A stretch of DNA of 64,000 nucleotides from Bacteroidia bacterium (GCA_035486275.1 DATHNG010000165.1:8686-72685), one strand, 5' to 3'. Shown: positions 30,124 through 40,210, counted from the stretch's first letter. A program made the numbers and translations. The notes: generated from the sequence alone by a model not told the origin.

Positions 30124-31491
30124 ATGGAATACTACAATAACATCCTGGAGGTTATAGGAAATACCCCAATGGTTAAGTTAAATCGCATTACTAAGGATAT
30201 TCCTGCTCTTGTTTTAGCAAAGGTTGAAACATATAACCCCGGTAATAGTATTAAGGACCGCATGGCGCTTAAAATGATTGAAGATGCTGAAAAACAAGGT
30301 AAATTAAAACCTGGTTATACTATAATTGAAGGCACTTCTGGCAATACAGGCATGGGGCTTGCTATTGCAGCTGTAATAAAAGGATATAAGACGATTTTTA
30401 CATCAACAGATAAGCAATCGAAAGAGAAATTTGATGCCTTACGCGCCTTTGGCGCCGAAGTTGTAGTATGTCCTACAAATGTTGATCCGGAAGATCCTCG
30501 TTCGTATTATTCTGTTTCATCAAGACTCGAGGCTGAAACACCAAATTCATGGAAGGCTAACCAATATGATAATCCTTCAAACGCATCAGCTCATTATGAA
30601 CAAACTGCTCCTGAAATATGGAAACAAACGGAAGGGAAAATAACTCACCTGGTTTGCGGTGTTGGTACGGGTGGTACTATTAGCGGTATTGGTAAATACC
30701 TGAAAGAAAAGAATCCTAAAATTCAGGTTTTAGGTGTTGATACTTACGGGTCAGTCTTTAAAAAGTATAAAGAGACAGGCATATTCGACAAGAATGAAAT
30801 TTACCCTTACATAACAGAAGGTATAGGTGAAGATTTTTTACCAAAGAATGTTGACTTTAATGTAATAGACCATTTTGAAAAAGTTACAGATAGGGATGCC
30901 GCAATAATGACTCGACGTATTACACGCGAAGAAGGAATTTTTGTGGGTAACTCTGCAGGTTCAGCAATGGCTGGCCTGTTGCAGATGAAGGATAGGTTTA
31001 AGAAGGGCGATATAGTTGTGGTTATTTTTCACGATCATGGTTCACGTTATCTGGGTAAAATGTTTAACGATGAATGGATGCGTGACAGGGGCTTTTTAAC
31101 GAATGATAAGATTACTGCGCAACAACTTATTGAAGGACATAAGGATAAACCATTGGTAACTGTAAAAGAATCTGATACGGTGCATGAAGCTGTTAGTGTG
31201 ATGCGTAAGTATAATATTTCTCAGGTGCCAGTAAAGAATGCAGGTGGTGAAACATTTGTAGGCTCATTGAATGATACCGAAGTGTTTAAAAAATTAATTG
31301 ATAACCCTAAACTTGGAGAGAAGAAGGTATCGGAAATTGTTCAGGCGCCTTTCCCATATGTAAATGCCGAATCTTCTATTGAAGAAGTTTCGCAACTTAT
31401 TACTCCTCAAAACCATGCCGTACTGGTTAAAGATTTAATGGGAGAGGTACATATTATTACCCGTCAGGATATTGTTGAAGCTTTGTGTTAA
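30124..31491 (+). CDS. Cystathionine beta-synthase-type PLP enzyme with C-terminal CBS pair
   Basis: 'NPGNSIKDRMAL' (PLP lysine region), 'GTSGNTGMGLA', 'GVGTGGTISG', then two CBS-like modules. Confidence 0.88.
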   Translation: MEYYNNILEVIGNTPMVKLNRITKDIPALVLAKVETYNPGNSIKDRMALKMIEDAEKQGKLKPGYTIIEGTSGNTGMGLAIAAVIKGYKTIFTSTDKQSKEKFDALRAFGAEVVVCPTNVDPEDPRSYYSVSSRLEAETPNSWKANQYDNPSNASAHYEQTAPEIWKQTEGKITHLVCGVGTGGTISGIGKYLKEKNPKIQVLGVDTYGSVFKKYKETGIFDKNEIYPYITEGIGEDFLPKNVDFNVIDHFEKVTDRDAAIMTRRITREEGIFVGNSAGSAMAGLLQMKDRFKKGDIVVVIFHDHGSRYLGKMFNDEWMRDRGFLTNDKITAQQLIEGHKDKPLVTVKESDTVHEAVSVMRKYNISQVPVKNAGGETFVGSLNDTEVFKKLIDNPKLGEKKVSEIVQAPFPYVNAESSIEEVSQLITPQNHAVLVKDLMGEVHIITRQDIVEALC

Positions 31492-31554
31492 ATTGCTAGA
31501 TAAGTGTTGAAATTTGTATGGAAATTCGCTATTTTTAAGCTTTAGCTTTATTTC

Positions 31555-32925
31555 ATGACAAGCATCCTTCAACTAATTGTTGACCCCGTTTCATTTCATA
31601 AGTTTTCCTTTAAAGAAAGGCAAAAACGCCGCCTTTTTATAAGTGGTAGCCTGGCCGGTTCATTATTCTGTTTGTTCTTTACAATAATTGGTGTTTTTAC
31701 AGGCCTTCGCTGGCTATCGTATTTAACAGCGGCCGATATGCTTGAGTTGTTAATTGGTATATATCTTACACATAAAGGGTTATTTAGCTTGGCAAGGCAT
31801 TTGTCCTTTAATACATCAATGTTGTTTTTCGTCAGTACTAACTATTTCTATGGAAGCGCTACGCATACTGAAATTTACTTATTCGCTTTCCCGGCTATTA
31901 TAATTTTTTTATTCGATGAAAAAAGAACGATAACTGCATATTGTGCCTATCTATTAGCGGGATTCGCAACCTGCATATATTTACAGAAGAACTTTTCAGG
32001 ACATTATGATGGAGACGTAACTCAATTGGCTAGGTATGCCTTTATGAATTATGTATTTGCTTTTTGTTTACTGGCAATAATTATATATTTTTTTAAATCG
32101 GAGAACCTGGAAAACAGCCAAAAGATAGAATTACAGAAGCAAGCCATTGAAGAAAAGAATACTGAAATAACAGCCAGTATTACGTACGCCAAACGAATAC
32201 AAGATTCTTTGCTTAGCCCAAGAGCATTATTTGATAAAAGTTTCAGCCAATATTTTCTTTTATTTAAACCTAAGGATATTGTAAGTGGAGATTTTTATTG
32301 GATGCAGCCTGTTTCAGCATCTGAATTTATTGTTGCTATAGGTGATTGTACTGGCCATGGTGTACCGGGTGCGCTTGTAAGTAGTATATGTATGGGGAAG
32401 CTTAGTGATGCTGCTATTAAAAGTAATTCTCCCGGCAAAATACTTGAAAATGTGAATAAAGAAATTAAAAGCAGTTTTGGAAATAGTGGAAATGATAATA
32501 TCAGAGACGGTATGGATATAATTCTCTGCCATCTGAACACCGCTACAAACAAAATAAGATATGCAGGTGCTAACCGTCCTTTATGGATAATAAAGAGGAG
32601 TGCTACTCCTGAAAGCGGACCAGTTGAAGTGAAGGCAGATAAAGTGTCCATTGGCGGGTTTACTGAAAACACTCAAAAATTTACAGAGCAGGAAATTAGC
32701 TTGGAAGAAGGAGATACTATTTATTTATTTACGGATGGGTTTGCCGATCAATTTGGAGGAGAGAATGGGAAGAAGATGACTACCAAACGTCTTAAAGAAT
32801 GGGTAATAAGTAATAATCATTTGCCTATTAAAGAAATTGGTGAGAAAATGAGTGCCAGTTATAACACTTGGAAAGGCAAACATGAACAGATTGACGATGT
32901 AACTGTATTGGCCATCAGGGTATGA
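31555..32925 (+). CDS. Membrane-anchored PP2C/SpoIIE-family protein phosphatase
   Basis: About 5-6 N-terminal TM helices, a coiled linker, then 'SGDFYW', 'GDCTGHGVPGA' and 'LFTDGFADQFGG'. Confidence 0.85.
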   Translation: MTSILQLIVDPVSFHKFSFKERQKRRLFISGSLAGSLFCLFFTIIGVFTGLRWLSYLTAADMLELLIGIYLTHKGLFSLARHLSFNTSMLFFVSTNYFYGSATHTEIYLFAFPAIIIFLFDEKRTITAYCAYLLAGFATCIYLQKNFSGHYDGDVTQLARYAFMNYVFAFCLLAIIIYFFKSENLENSQKIELQKQAIEEKNTEITASITYAKRIQDSLLSPRALFDKSFSQYFLLFKPKDIVSGDFYWMQPVSASEFIVAIGDCTGHGVPGALVSSICMGKLSDAAIKSNSPGKILENVNKEIKSSFGNSGNDNIRDGMDIILCHLNTATNKIRYAGANRPLWIIKRSATPESGPVEVKADKVSIGGFTENTQKFTEQEISLEEGDTIYLFTDGFADQFGGENGKKMTTKRLKEWVISNNHLPIKEIGEKMSASYNTWKGKHEQIDDVTVLAIRV

Positions 32926-33716
32926 AAAAGGAATTTATTGACCAATTAGGCCGGAAAATTAAAGTTGAATGGCCACCTAATCGAATAATATCACTGGTCC
33001 CTTCTCAAACAGAATTACTAAACTGGTTAGGGCTAAATAATGAAATTGTTGGAATAACAAAGTTTTGTGTTCACCCCAATGAATGGTTTCGCACAAAACA
33101 ACGTATTGGAGGAACCAAGAAGTTTGATTTCGATAAGATAGCCGAACTGCAGCCTGACCTGATAATAGGGAATAAGGAAGAAAATGAGGAATTGCAGATA
33201 AAACAATTAATGAAGCAATATCCGGTATGGATGAGCGATATTCATACGCTGGAGGCGGCATTTGATATGATGAAGGGTGTGGGAGAATTGGTTGATAGGG
33301 CAGATAAAGTGAATGATTTAATAAGTAAAGTAAAGATTGAATTTGCCGGACTTAATAGCTCAAAACTGCATCGCAAAAAAGCGGCGTATTTTATTTGGAA
33401 AGACCCCTTTATGGTTACCGGACACGATACTTTTTTAACAGACGTGCTGAAACAGTGTGGCTTTGTGAATGTATTTGAAGAATATGAAGGCAGGTATCCT
33501 GAAGTAACAAAAGAAGACATTCAAAAACAGTCTCCTGATGTTATACTACTTTCATCAGAACCTTACCCGTTTTCTGAAAAACATATTGATGAATTCAGGC
33601 AAATATGCCCTGCAGCAAAAATTGTGTTGGTTGACGGAGAGTATTTTTCATGGTATGGCTCACGATTACTGGACGCTCCGGCATATTTCAACAAAGTGCT
33701 GAATGAGATAGAATAA
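32922..33716 (+). CDS. BtuF/TroA-like (helical-backbone) binding protein without signal peptide
   Basis: 'RIISLVPSQTELL', 'PDLIIGNKEEN' and 'PDVILLSSEPYPF' are typical of class III substrate-binding proteins. No N-terminal hydrophobic segment. The start overlaps the phosphatase stop (ATGA). Confidence 0.6.
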   Translation: MKKEFIDQLGRKIKVEWPPNRIISLVPSQTELLNWLGLNNEIVGITKFCVHPNEWFRTKQRIGGTKKFDFDKIAELQPDLIIGNKEENEELQIKQLMKQYPVWMSDIHTLEAAFDMMKGVGELVDRADKVNDLISKVKIEFAGLNSSKLHRKKAAYFIWKDPFMVTGHDTFLTDVLKQCGFVNVFEEYEGRYPEVTKEDIQKQSPDVILLSSEPYPFSEKHIDEFRQICPAAKIVLVDGEYFSWYGSRLLDAPAYFNKVLNEIE

Positions 33717-33745
33717 TGAGTAAATTTGCTCTCTGAGAGGCTATT

Positions 33746-36064
33746 ATGGCTAAAAAATTGAAACACTCATCTCTACTTTTATTTTTTGTTTTCCTGACAA
33801 CTCTTTCGGCAAATAGCCAGAAGGTTGGACTGGTGCTTAGTGGCGGCGGCGCAAGCGGCATTGCTCACATTGGTGTAATTAAAGCGCTTGAGGAGAATCA
33901 TATTCCTATTGATTATATTACGGGAACATCAATGGGTGCTTTTATAGGTGCTTTGTATGCGGCAGGATATACACCAGAACAAATGGAGCAGTTGGTAACA
34001 TCAAGGGAATTTCTTGAACTTGCTTCAGGTGCTGTAAACAGAAAGTACGAATATTATTTCAAGCAGAACATAAGTGAAGCCTCATGGATAAACTTTCATT
34101 TTTCACTAGATACCTCTATAATTACGAGTATTCCCACTCACCTGGTATCCCCATTGCCAATTGATTTTGCTATTCTTACTTATTTCTCGAGTGCGTCTTC
34201 TGCTTCGCATGATAAGTTTGATAGCCTGTTCGTCCCTTTCAGGTGCTTGGCAGCTGATATAGCCGAAAAGAAACCATGGATATTTGATAGCGGAAACTTA
34301 GGACAGGCAGTCAGGGCATCGATTTCATACCCGTTTTACCTTAAACCAATTACAATAAATGGTAAAATGCTTTTTGACGGAGGGCTGTATAATAACTTTC
34401 CTGCTGATATAATGCAGCAAGATTTTAACCCTGATATTATTATTGGTAGTAATGTTTCAGGAAATATTCAGCCGCCGAGTGATGATAATATTCTATCGGA
34501 AATAAAGAATATGCTCATGACAAAAACAAACTATGCGTTACCGGGTAAAGGCTTGATTATATTGCCTGATGTTGAGGCTGGTATATTGAGTGCTGATAAT
34601 CCTCAGGCATTAATTGATAGTGGTTATATTTCTACACTCAGACAGATACCCGCTTTATTAAAACTTATAGACAGAAGGGAGAATGATGAAAAATTAAAGA
34701 AAAAAAGAAGTGATTTTCAAAGGAAGGAACACCCTTTAATATTCAATAAACTTAGTTTTAATGGTGTTAATGATAACCAGGAAAAATACCTAAAAAGCGT
34801 TCTATTTGATGATCACAAAGAAATGTCATTGAATGATATGGCTGTTGCTTATTTTAAAGTAGCGACTGACCAAAACATTCACAGTATATACCCAATGGCT
34901 AAGTATAACGACAGTACAGGGTACTACACACTTGATATGTCTATTAAAAGAGAAAAGCATTTCCAGGTAGGTTTCGGCGGAGTACTTTCAAATCTTCCTA
35001 TTAGTGAAGGCTATGTTGGGCTACAATACAATACGTTTGGAAGACAGGAATTACAGCTTGTTGGTAATATTTATTTTGGGAAGTTGTATACTTCGGCTTT
35101 AGGGTCAGCGAGAATTTATTTCCCGAAACTGCCTTTTTACCTGGAGCCGTCAATTACGTATAACAGTTGGAATTATTTTACAAGCAGCACCGATTTCTTT
35201 GCAGATATTACTCCCCCATACCTGATACAGTACGAAGGATTTGGGAAATTAGATATGGGATTCCCGATTGGTGGAAAATCGAAATTAATATTGGGAGGTA
35301 GTTACGCAAACATTAATAATACCTATTTCCAGGAACTATCCCATAAAACAACAGATACAGCTGATATTACAAGGTTTGGTGCAGCTACCGGGTATGCCAA
35401 GTTCGATTATAATTCACTTAATGATAAAGAATATGCAAGTACAGGAATGAGGTTTACGACGCATGCGCAATGGATTGCAGGAACTGAAACATTTTACCCC
35501 GGCACACAGGACATAAATAAAGATACTGTAGTAAAGCAACATAACTGGTTACAGATTAAAGCTTCGTTAGATTATTATCTTGTAGGACGTGGGCCGGTTA
35601 GGTTTGGTATTTATATGGAAGGGGTGTATTCTAACACATTTGTAAATGGCCATGCCCTGCAAACCTATTTTCAAAACTACTGGTCAACAACTTTAATGGC
35701 TCCTGCTTTTCAACCAACGCCGGAAATGCAAACTCTTTTTCTACCTAAATATAGGGCGTATAATTACGCAGCAGCAGGCCCAAAGATCATAATACCGTTC
35801 AAGCCAAAAATCGACCTGCGATTTGAGGGATATGTATTTCTTCCATACCAGGCTATTCAACAAAATACACTTAATAATCAGGCCGTGTATGGAGTACCAC
35901 TCGCTACTAAAGAATACGTAGGTATGGCTGCATTGGTGTATCATTCACCAATCGGGCCTGTAAGTGTCAGCCTTAATTATTTTGATAGTGACCCGCTAAA
36001 ATATTCATTTACGGTGCTTTTTCACGTAGGGTTTATAATATTTAATGAAAGGTCAATTAACTAA
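33746..36064 (+). CDS. Patatin-like phospholipase fused to a C-terminal beta-barrel domain
   Basis: Signal peptide, oxyanion 'SGGGASG', nucleophile 'GTSMGA', catalytic 'FDGG', and about 350 aa of C-terminal alternating beta-strand sequence. Confidence 0.85.
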   Translation: MAKKLKHSSLLLFFVFLTTLSANSQKVGLVLSGGGASGIAHIGVIKALEENHIPIDYITGTSMGAFIGALYAAGYTPEQMEQLVTSREFLELASGAVNRKYEYYFKQNISEASWINFHFSLDTSIITSIPTHLVSPLPIDFAILTYFSSASSASHDKFDSLFVPFRCLAADIAEKKPWIFDSGNLGQAVRASISYPFYLKPITINGKMLFDGGLYNNFPADIMQQDFNPDIIIGSNVSGNIQPPSDDNILSEIKNMLMTKTNYALPGKGLIILPDVEAGILSADNPQALIDSGYISTLRQIPALLKLIDRRENDEKLKKKRSDFQRKEHPLIFNKLSFNGVNDNQEKYLKSVLFDDHKEMSLNDMAVAYFKVATDQNIHSIYPMAKYNDSTGYYTLDMSIKREKHFQVGFGGVLSNLPISEGYVGLQYNTFGRQELQLVGNIYFGKLYTSALGSARIYFPKLPFYLEPSITYNSWNYFTSSTDFFADITPPYLIQYEGFGKLDMGFPIGGKSKLILGGSYANINNTYFQELSHKTTDTADITRFGAATGYAKFDYNSLNDKEYASTGMRFTTHAQWIAGTETFYPGTQDINKDTVVKQHNWLQIKASLDYYLVGRGPVRFGIYMEGVYSNTFVNGHALQTYFQNYWSTTLMAPAFQPTPEMQTLFLPKYRAYNYAAAGPKIIIPFKPKIDLRFEGYVFLPYQAIQQNTLNNQAVYGVPLATKEYVGMAALVYHSPIGPVSVSLNYFDSDPLKYSFTVLFHVGFIIFNERSIN

Positions 36065-36081
36065 GAACGATTGTTAATTAT

Positions 36082-36999
36082 ATGAGCAGAGTAATTAAAG
36101 CACACCTTGCCCTGCTTGGAGTAAATGCAATTTATGGCGCCAACTTTACAATTGTTAAGGCTGTTGTACCTGAGCACATTCAACCTTTTGCACTGGTAGT
36201 TATCAGGGCGACATGCTCTATGCTTTTATTTTGGCTATCGAGCCTTTTTCTTCCTAAAGAAAAAATAGAGCGTAAAGATTATATTAAACTCCTACTGCTC
36301 GGCGTATTTGGAGTAGCCTTGAATCAACTTCTCTTCATTAAAGGGCTTGCTATGAGCACCCCTATTAATGGCGCTATTATAATGATCTTCAACCCGATAA
36401 TTGTAATGTTACTTGAGGTTATATTTTTTAAAGAGAAAACCCCATTCATACGTGTTGCAGGTATTTTAGTAGGAATTACAGGTGCCTTGGTATTATTGCT
36501 GGGCAGAAGGGATGCAGCTACTGCATCAGCATCTTTTACAGGCGATATGTTAATATTGGTTAACTGTATATCATGGGCTATATATATGGTAATGGTGAAG
36601 CCATTGATGTTGAAATATAAAACCGTAACGGTTGTAAAATGGGTATTTTCTTTCGGCGCGTTTTATGTGCTTCCGTTTGGCTGGTCGCAATTGCAAGCAT
36701 TCGATTTTCGTTCCATAAGTTTAAATTCGTGGATGTGTATTGCTTATGTAGTAATAGCAAGCACATATATAGCCTATTATTTAAATACCTATGCTTTAGC
36801 CGAACTTAGCCCTTCAATAGCAAGTACTTACATTTATCTTCAACCGGTAATTGCAGCCGCTATAGCTGTTTATTATGGGCAGGATAAAATTAACGTAATG
36901 AAGGTTTTGTCAGCTATTTTCATTATAGTAGGCATTTACTTAGTGGGCTTAAGCCGTAAGAAAGAGAAGCAGAAATTGAATGCACAAATTTCTAAGTAG
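36082..36999 (+). CDS. DMT-superfamily (EamA) transporter
   Basis: 10-TM pattern with two EamA-like halves. Confidence 0.8.
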   Translation: MSRVIKAHLALLGVNAIYGANFTIVKAVVPEHIQPFALVVIRATCSMLLFWLSSLFLPKEKIERKDYIKLLLLGVFGVALNQLLFIKGLAMSTPINGAIIMIFNPIIVMLLEVIFFKEKTPFIRVAGILVGITGALVLLLGRRDAATASASFTGDMLILVNCISWAIYMVMVKPLMLKYKTVTVVKWVFSFGAFYVLPFGWSQLQAFDFRSISLNSWMCIAYVVIASTYIAYYLNTYALAELSPSIASTYIYLQPVIAAAIAVYYGQDKINVMKVLSAIFIIVGIYLVGLSRKKEKQKLNAQISK

Positions 37000-37030
37000 G
37001 TTAAGAGTAGCTAAATCAGCCGCCTATTAC

Positions 37031-37038
37031 TATATTTG
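37031..37038 (+). promoter_or_regulatory. -7 box TATATTTG upstream of yicC-gmk
   Basis: Perfect motif, 14 nt before ATG 37053. Confidence 0.4.
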
Positions 37039-37052
37039 AAAAAAAATAGCCG

Positions 37053-37919
37053 ATGTTACAATCAATGACAGGCTTTGGCAAAGTGTCAGGGCAAATAGGT
37101 GGAAAGACGATAGATGTTGAATTGCGCTCGCTGAACAGCAAGCAGCTTGATCTTAATATGCGCTTACCGTATCAATATTACACACTTGAACCGGAAATAC
37201 GTGCATTGTTACCCGGTTTACTAGACAGAGGCAAAGTAGATCTTCATATTAATATGTCCGGTTCGGAAGGCAAGAGCAAGGTTGCCTTGAATAAAACCCT
37301 TGCCAAACAATACCTGGCAGAACTTAAGGGGTTAGCGAAGGAGATAAATGAAAAGAATGTGCAATACCTTCCCCTTATATTACGTGCACCTGATATATTC
37401 AGAACTGAGGAGAAAGTAGATAAGAAGGAGCTGGAATATGTTTTTTCGTTAATAAAGAAAGCGGCCGTTTCTGTCAGTAAATTCAGGCAGCAGGAAGGTA
37501 AGGCATTAAGAAAAGATATTGAGTTACACCTGGCAGTTATTGAAGGTAATGAGAAGAAGATAGATAAACTGGACCCGATCAGGCTTAGCAAACTTAAAGA
37601 AAGACTGGCTAACAAATTGGTGGAAGGAATTGGAGGACGAGTGACCGATATGAATAGGTTTGAGCAGGAGATCATATACTATATAGAGAAACTGGATATT
37701 AATGAAGAGAAAGCCAGGCTTCGTGCGCATTGCAGTTATTTCAGAAAAACAATGGATGAACCTAATGGAGGAAGAAAGCTTGGTTTTATAGTGCAGGAAA
37801 TTGGCAGAGAAATAAACACTATCGGGTCTAAGGCAAATGATGCGGATATACAAAGGTTTGTAGTGGAAATGAAGGATGAACTTGAAAAAATAAAAGAGCA
37901 GCTTCTGAATATTCTATGA
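37053..37919 (+). CDS. YicC/YloC-family endoribonuclease
   Basis: 'MLQSMTGFG' start and C-terminal 'EIGREINTIGSKAND'. Overlaps gmk by 4 nt, as in many bacteria. Confidence 0.85.
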   Translation: MLQSMTGFGKVSGQIGGKTIDVELRSLNSKQLDLNMRLPYQYYTLEPEIRALLPGLLDRGKVDLHINMSGSEGKSKVALNKTLAKQYLAELKGLAKEINEKNVQYLPLILRAPDIFRTEEKVDKKELEYVFSLIKKAAVSVSKFRQQEGKALRKDIELHLAVIEGNEKKIDKLDPIRLSKLKERLANKLVEGIGGRVTDMNRFEQEIIYYIEKLDINEEKARLRAHCSYFRKTMDEPNGGRKLGFIVQEIGREINTIGSKANDADIQRFVVEMKDELEKIKEQLLNIL

Positions 37920-38494
37920 GTCAATTTTCCGGAAAACTGGTTATTGTTGCCGGCCCGTCCGGTACAGGAAAGACAACTATTGTAAGGCATTTACTGGGTG
38001 TTTTTCCACGACTGGCTTTTTCCATATCGGCATGTAGCAGGCCCGCCCGTAAAAACGAAATGGATGGTGAGGATTATTATTTTCTTTCCCTTGAACAATT
38101 TCGTGAAAAGATAGATAAAGGTGAGTTTTTAGAATGGGAAGAGGTTTACCCGGGTAGCTATTATGGTACACTTAAAACCGAAGTAGAAAGGTTATGGAAA
38201 GCTGGCCGACATGTTATTTTCGATATAGATGTAAAGGGCGCACTTAACCTGAAGAAGTACTTCCCCAAGGAATCGATTACTATTTTTATAGAGCCACCAT
38301 CCGTTAAAGCATTGGAGCAAAGGCTAAGAGACAGGAATACAGAAACACCAGAGATACTGGAACAACGTGTAAGTAAGGCGAAAGAAGAATTGATGTATGT
38401 AGATAAATTTGAGAAAGTGGTACAAAACATTGAATTACAGAAGGCTTTATTGGATACTGAAGCCATAGTCAGGAATTTTTTAGGAGATAACTAG
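37916..38494 (+). CDS. gmk: Guanylate kinase
   Basis: P-loop 'GPSGTGKTT', 'EWEEVYPGSYYGT'. Confidence 0.93.
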   Translation: MSQFSGKLVIVAGPSGTGKTTIVRHLLGVFPRLAFSISACSRPARKNEMDGEDYYFLSLEQFREKIDKGEFLEWEEVYPGSYYGTLKTEVERLWKAGRHVIFDIDVKGALNLKKYFPKESITIFIEPPSVKALEQRLRDRNTETPEILEQRVSKAKEELMYVDKFEKVVQNIELQKALLDTEAIVRNFLGDN

Positions 38495-38496
38495 AA

Positions 38497-38949
38497 ATGC
38501 TGTCGAAGAAAACAAAATATGCCATTAAGGCGCTTGTTGCACTTGCCAAAAGCGATAAGTCAATGACTATTTCTGAAATAGCTGCGCAGGAAAGTATTCC
38601 TAAGAAGTTTCTGGAGAGTATATTATTAGACATGCGTAAACAAGGGTTGCTTGGTAGTAAGATAGGAATAGGTGGAGGATATCATTTAATTAAAAAGCCT
38701 AAAGACATAGTTCTTACTCAATTGTTAAGGTCCATTGATGGGCCAATTGCCATGATACCTTGTGTGAGTCTGAACTTTTATGAGCCATGTGAGGATTGTG
38801 TAGACGAGGTAACCTGTGGAATACGAAGTGCATTTATAGAAGTGCGCGATGCCAGCCTTAAAATACTGGCAGGGATAACATTGGAAGATATTCTGAAACG
38901 GGAAGAGCATCTTAAAGTCCTGAAAAAGAGGAAGAAACAGCAGGAGTAA
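38497..38949 (+). CDS. Rrf2-family transcriptional regulator with Cys cluster
   Basis: 'MLSKKTKYAIKALVALA' wHTH and Cys residues in 'CVSLNFYEPCEDCVDEVTC'. Confidence 0.85.
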   Translation: MLSKKTKYAIKALVALAKSDKSMTISEIAAQESIPKKFLESILLDMRKQGLLGSKIGIGGGYHLIKKPKDIVLTQLLRSIDGPIAMIPCVSLNFYEPCEDCVDEVTCGIRSAFIEVRDASLKILAGITLEDILKREEHLKVLKKRKKQQE

Positions 38950-38991
38950 AAAATTTTATTCTTAATATCTACTAAATTGATAGATATTATA

Positions 38992-38999
38992 TATATTTG
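38992..38999 (+). promoter_or_regulatory. -7 box TATATTTG upstream of the DUF4395-like gene
   Basis: Perfect motif, 22 nt before ATG 39022. Confidence 0.4.
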
Positions 39000-39021
39000 T
39001 GCCCTCAAACAAAAAATAAGT

Positions 39022-39498
39022 ATGAATAACACGTCCGTAACATGCCCTGTATCAATAAACCGAATTAATGAAAGCGTAGCCAGGGTGGCGGCTTTCTTTA
39101 CAATTGTAATTACCATCATTGGGGTGTATTTTAAATCTCCATACATAATTGCAGGCCTGGCAATTGATTTTTATTTGAGGGCATTTACATCAGGAAAGTA
39201 CAGCCCTTTAAAAGCTATAGCAAAAACTGTTGCATCGTACATTGGCTTGCCATGGAAACAAACAGACGCAGCGCCTAAAAAGTTTGCAGCTGCAGTTGGC
39301 TTTGTATTTACAGTTGCAATTGCCACATTACTTTTCCTGAACTATGATGTACTTGCCTATATAGTAACCGGTGTATTATTGATATGTGCAGCACTTGAAA
39401 GCTTTGCCGGATACTGTGTAGGATGTGTTGTATATACATATGCTATTCGCCCTTTTTTAAATGAAGAAACAGAAGAACCAATAATTATAAACCTTTAA
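39022..39498 (+). CDS. Small integral membrane protein (DUF4395-like)
   Basis: Four predicted TM helices and 'CPVSINRINESVARV'. ATG 39022 was chosen because a perfect -7 box (38992-38999) lies inside the longer track ORF. Confidence 0.45.
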   Translation: MNNTSVTCPVSINRINESVARVAAFFTIVITIIGVYFKSPYIIAGLAIDFYLRAFTSGKYSPLKAIAKTVASYIGLPWKQTDAAPKKFAAAVGFVFTVAIATLLFLNYDVLAYIVTGVLLICAALESFAGYCVGCVVYTYAIRPFLNEETEEPIIINL

Positions 39499-39512
39499 AT
39501 TTAAATTACACA

Positions 39513-40148
39513 ATGGCATTAAGACTCGGAGACATTGCGCCTGATTTTACAGCGCAAACTACGCAAGGTACAATTAACTTCCACGAATGGCTGGGAGACA
39601 AATGGGGAGTGTTATTCTCTCATCCTGCTGATTTTACACCTGTCTGCACTACTGAATTAGGTAGGGTGGCAAAGCTAAAGCCTGAATTTGATAAGCGCAA
39701 CGTTAAGGTTATAGCATTGAGTGTTGACCCTATTCAATCGCATGAGGCATGGGTGCAGGACATTAACGAAACCCAAAAGACAACGGTTAACTTCCCTATC
39801 ATTGCTGATCCTGATTTTAAGGTTGCAAAACTGTATGATGCTATTCACCCGGAAGTATCAGATAAGTTCACCGTTCGTTCGGTATATGTTATATCGCCCG
39901 ATAAGAAGATCAAGCTGACCATCACATACCCTGCATCAACAGGTAGAAATTTTGATGAGATACTTCGCGTGATCGATTCATTGCAACTAACCGCTAACTA
40001 TAGTGTTGCCACACCGGCAGACTGGAAATATGGCGAAGATGTTGTAGTTGCGCCTGCTATTAAAACAGAAGATATTGCGGCCAAATTCCCTAAGGGGCAT
40101 AAGGTTATTAAGCCTTACCTGCGCACAACACCGCAACCAAATTTGTAA
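39513..40148 (+). CDS. 1-Cys peroxiredoxin (Prx6 type)
   Basis: 'HPADFTPVCTTELG' peroxidatic Cys motif; 211 aa. Confidence 0.92.
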   Translation: MALRLGDIAPDFTAQTTQGTINFHEWLGDKWGVLFSHPADFTPVCTTELGRVAKLKPEFDKRNVKVIALSVDPIQSHEAWVQDINETQKTTVNFPIIADPDFKVAKLYDAIHPEVSDKFTVRSVYVISPDKKIKLTITYPASTGRNFDEILRVIDSLQLTANYSVATPADWKYGEDVVVAPAIKTEDIAAKFPKGHKVIKPYLRTTPQPNL

Positions 40149-40172
40149 CATAGTTTTGGGGGAGTTTATGTG

Positions 40173-40210
40173 AGACACAGTATGCTTAATTGCTACTGTG
40201 TCTTTTTTTA
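40173..40210 (+). terminator. Rho-independent terminator after peroxiredoxin
   Basis: agacacagta-(11 nt)-tactgtgtct: perfect 10-bp stem followed by T7. Confidence 0.8.

Noticed and set aside
36694-36712. TGGCTGG...TTGCA resembling a sigma-54 -24/-12 promoter
   Set aside because: The GG-to-GC spacing is 12 rather than 10 nt, and it lies inside the EamA transporter coding region. No other convincing TGGCAC-N5-TTGC site was seen by eye.
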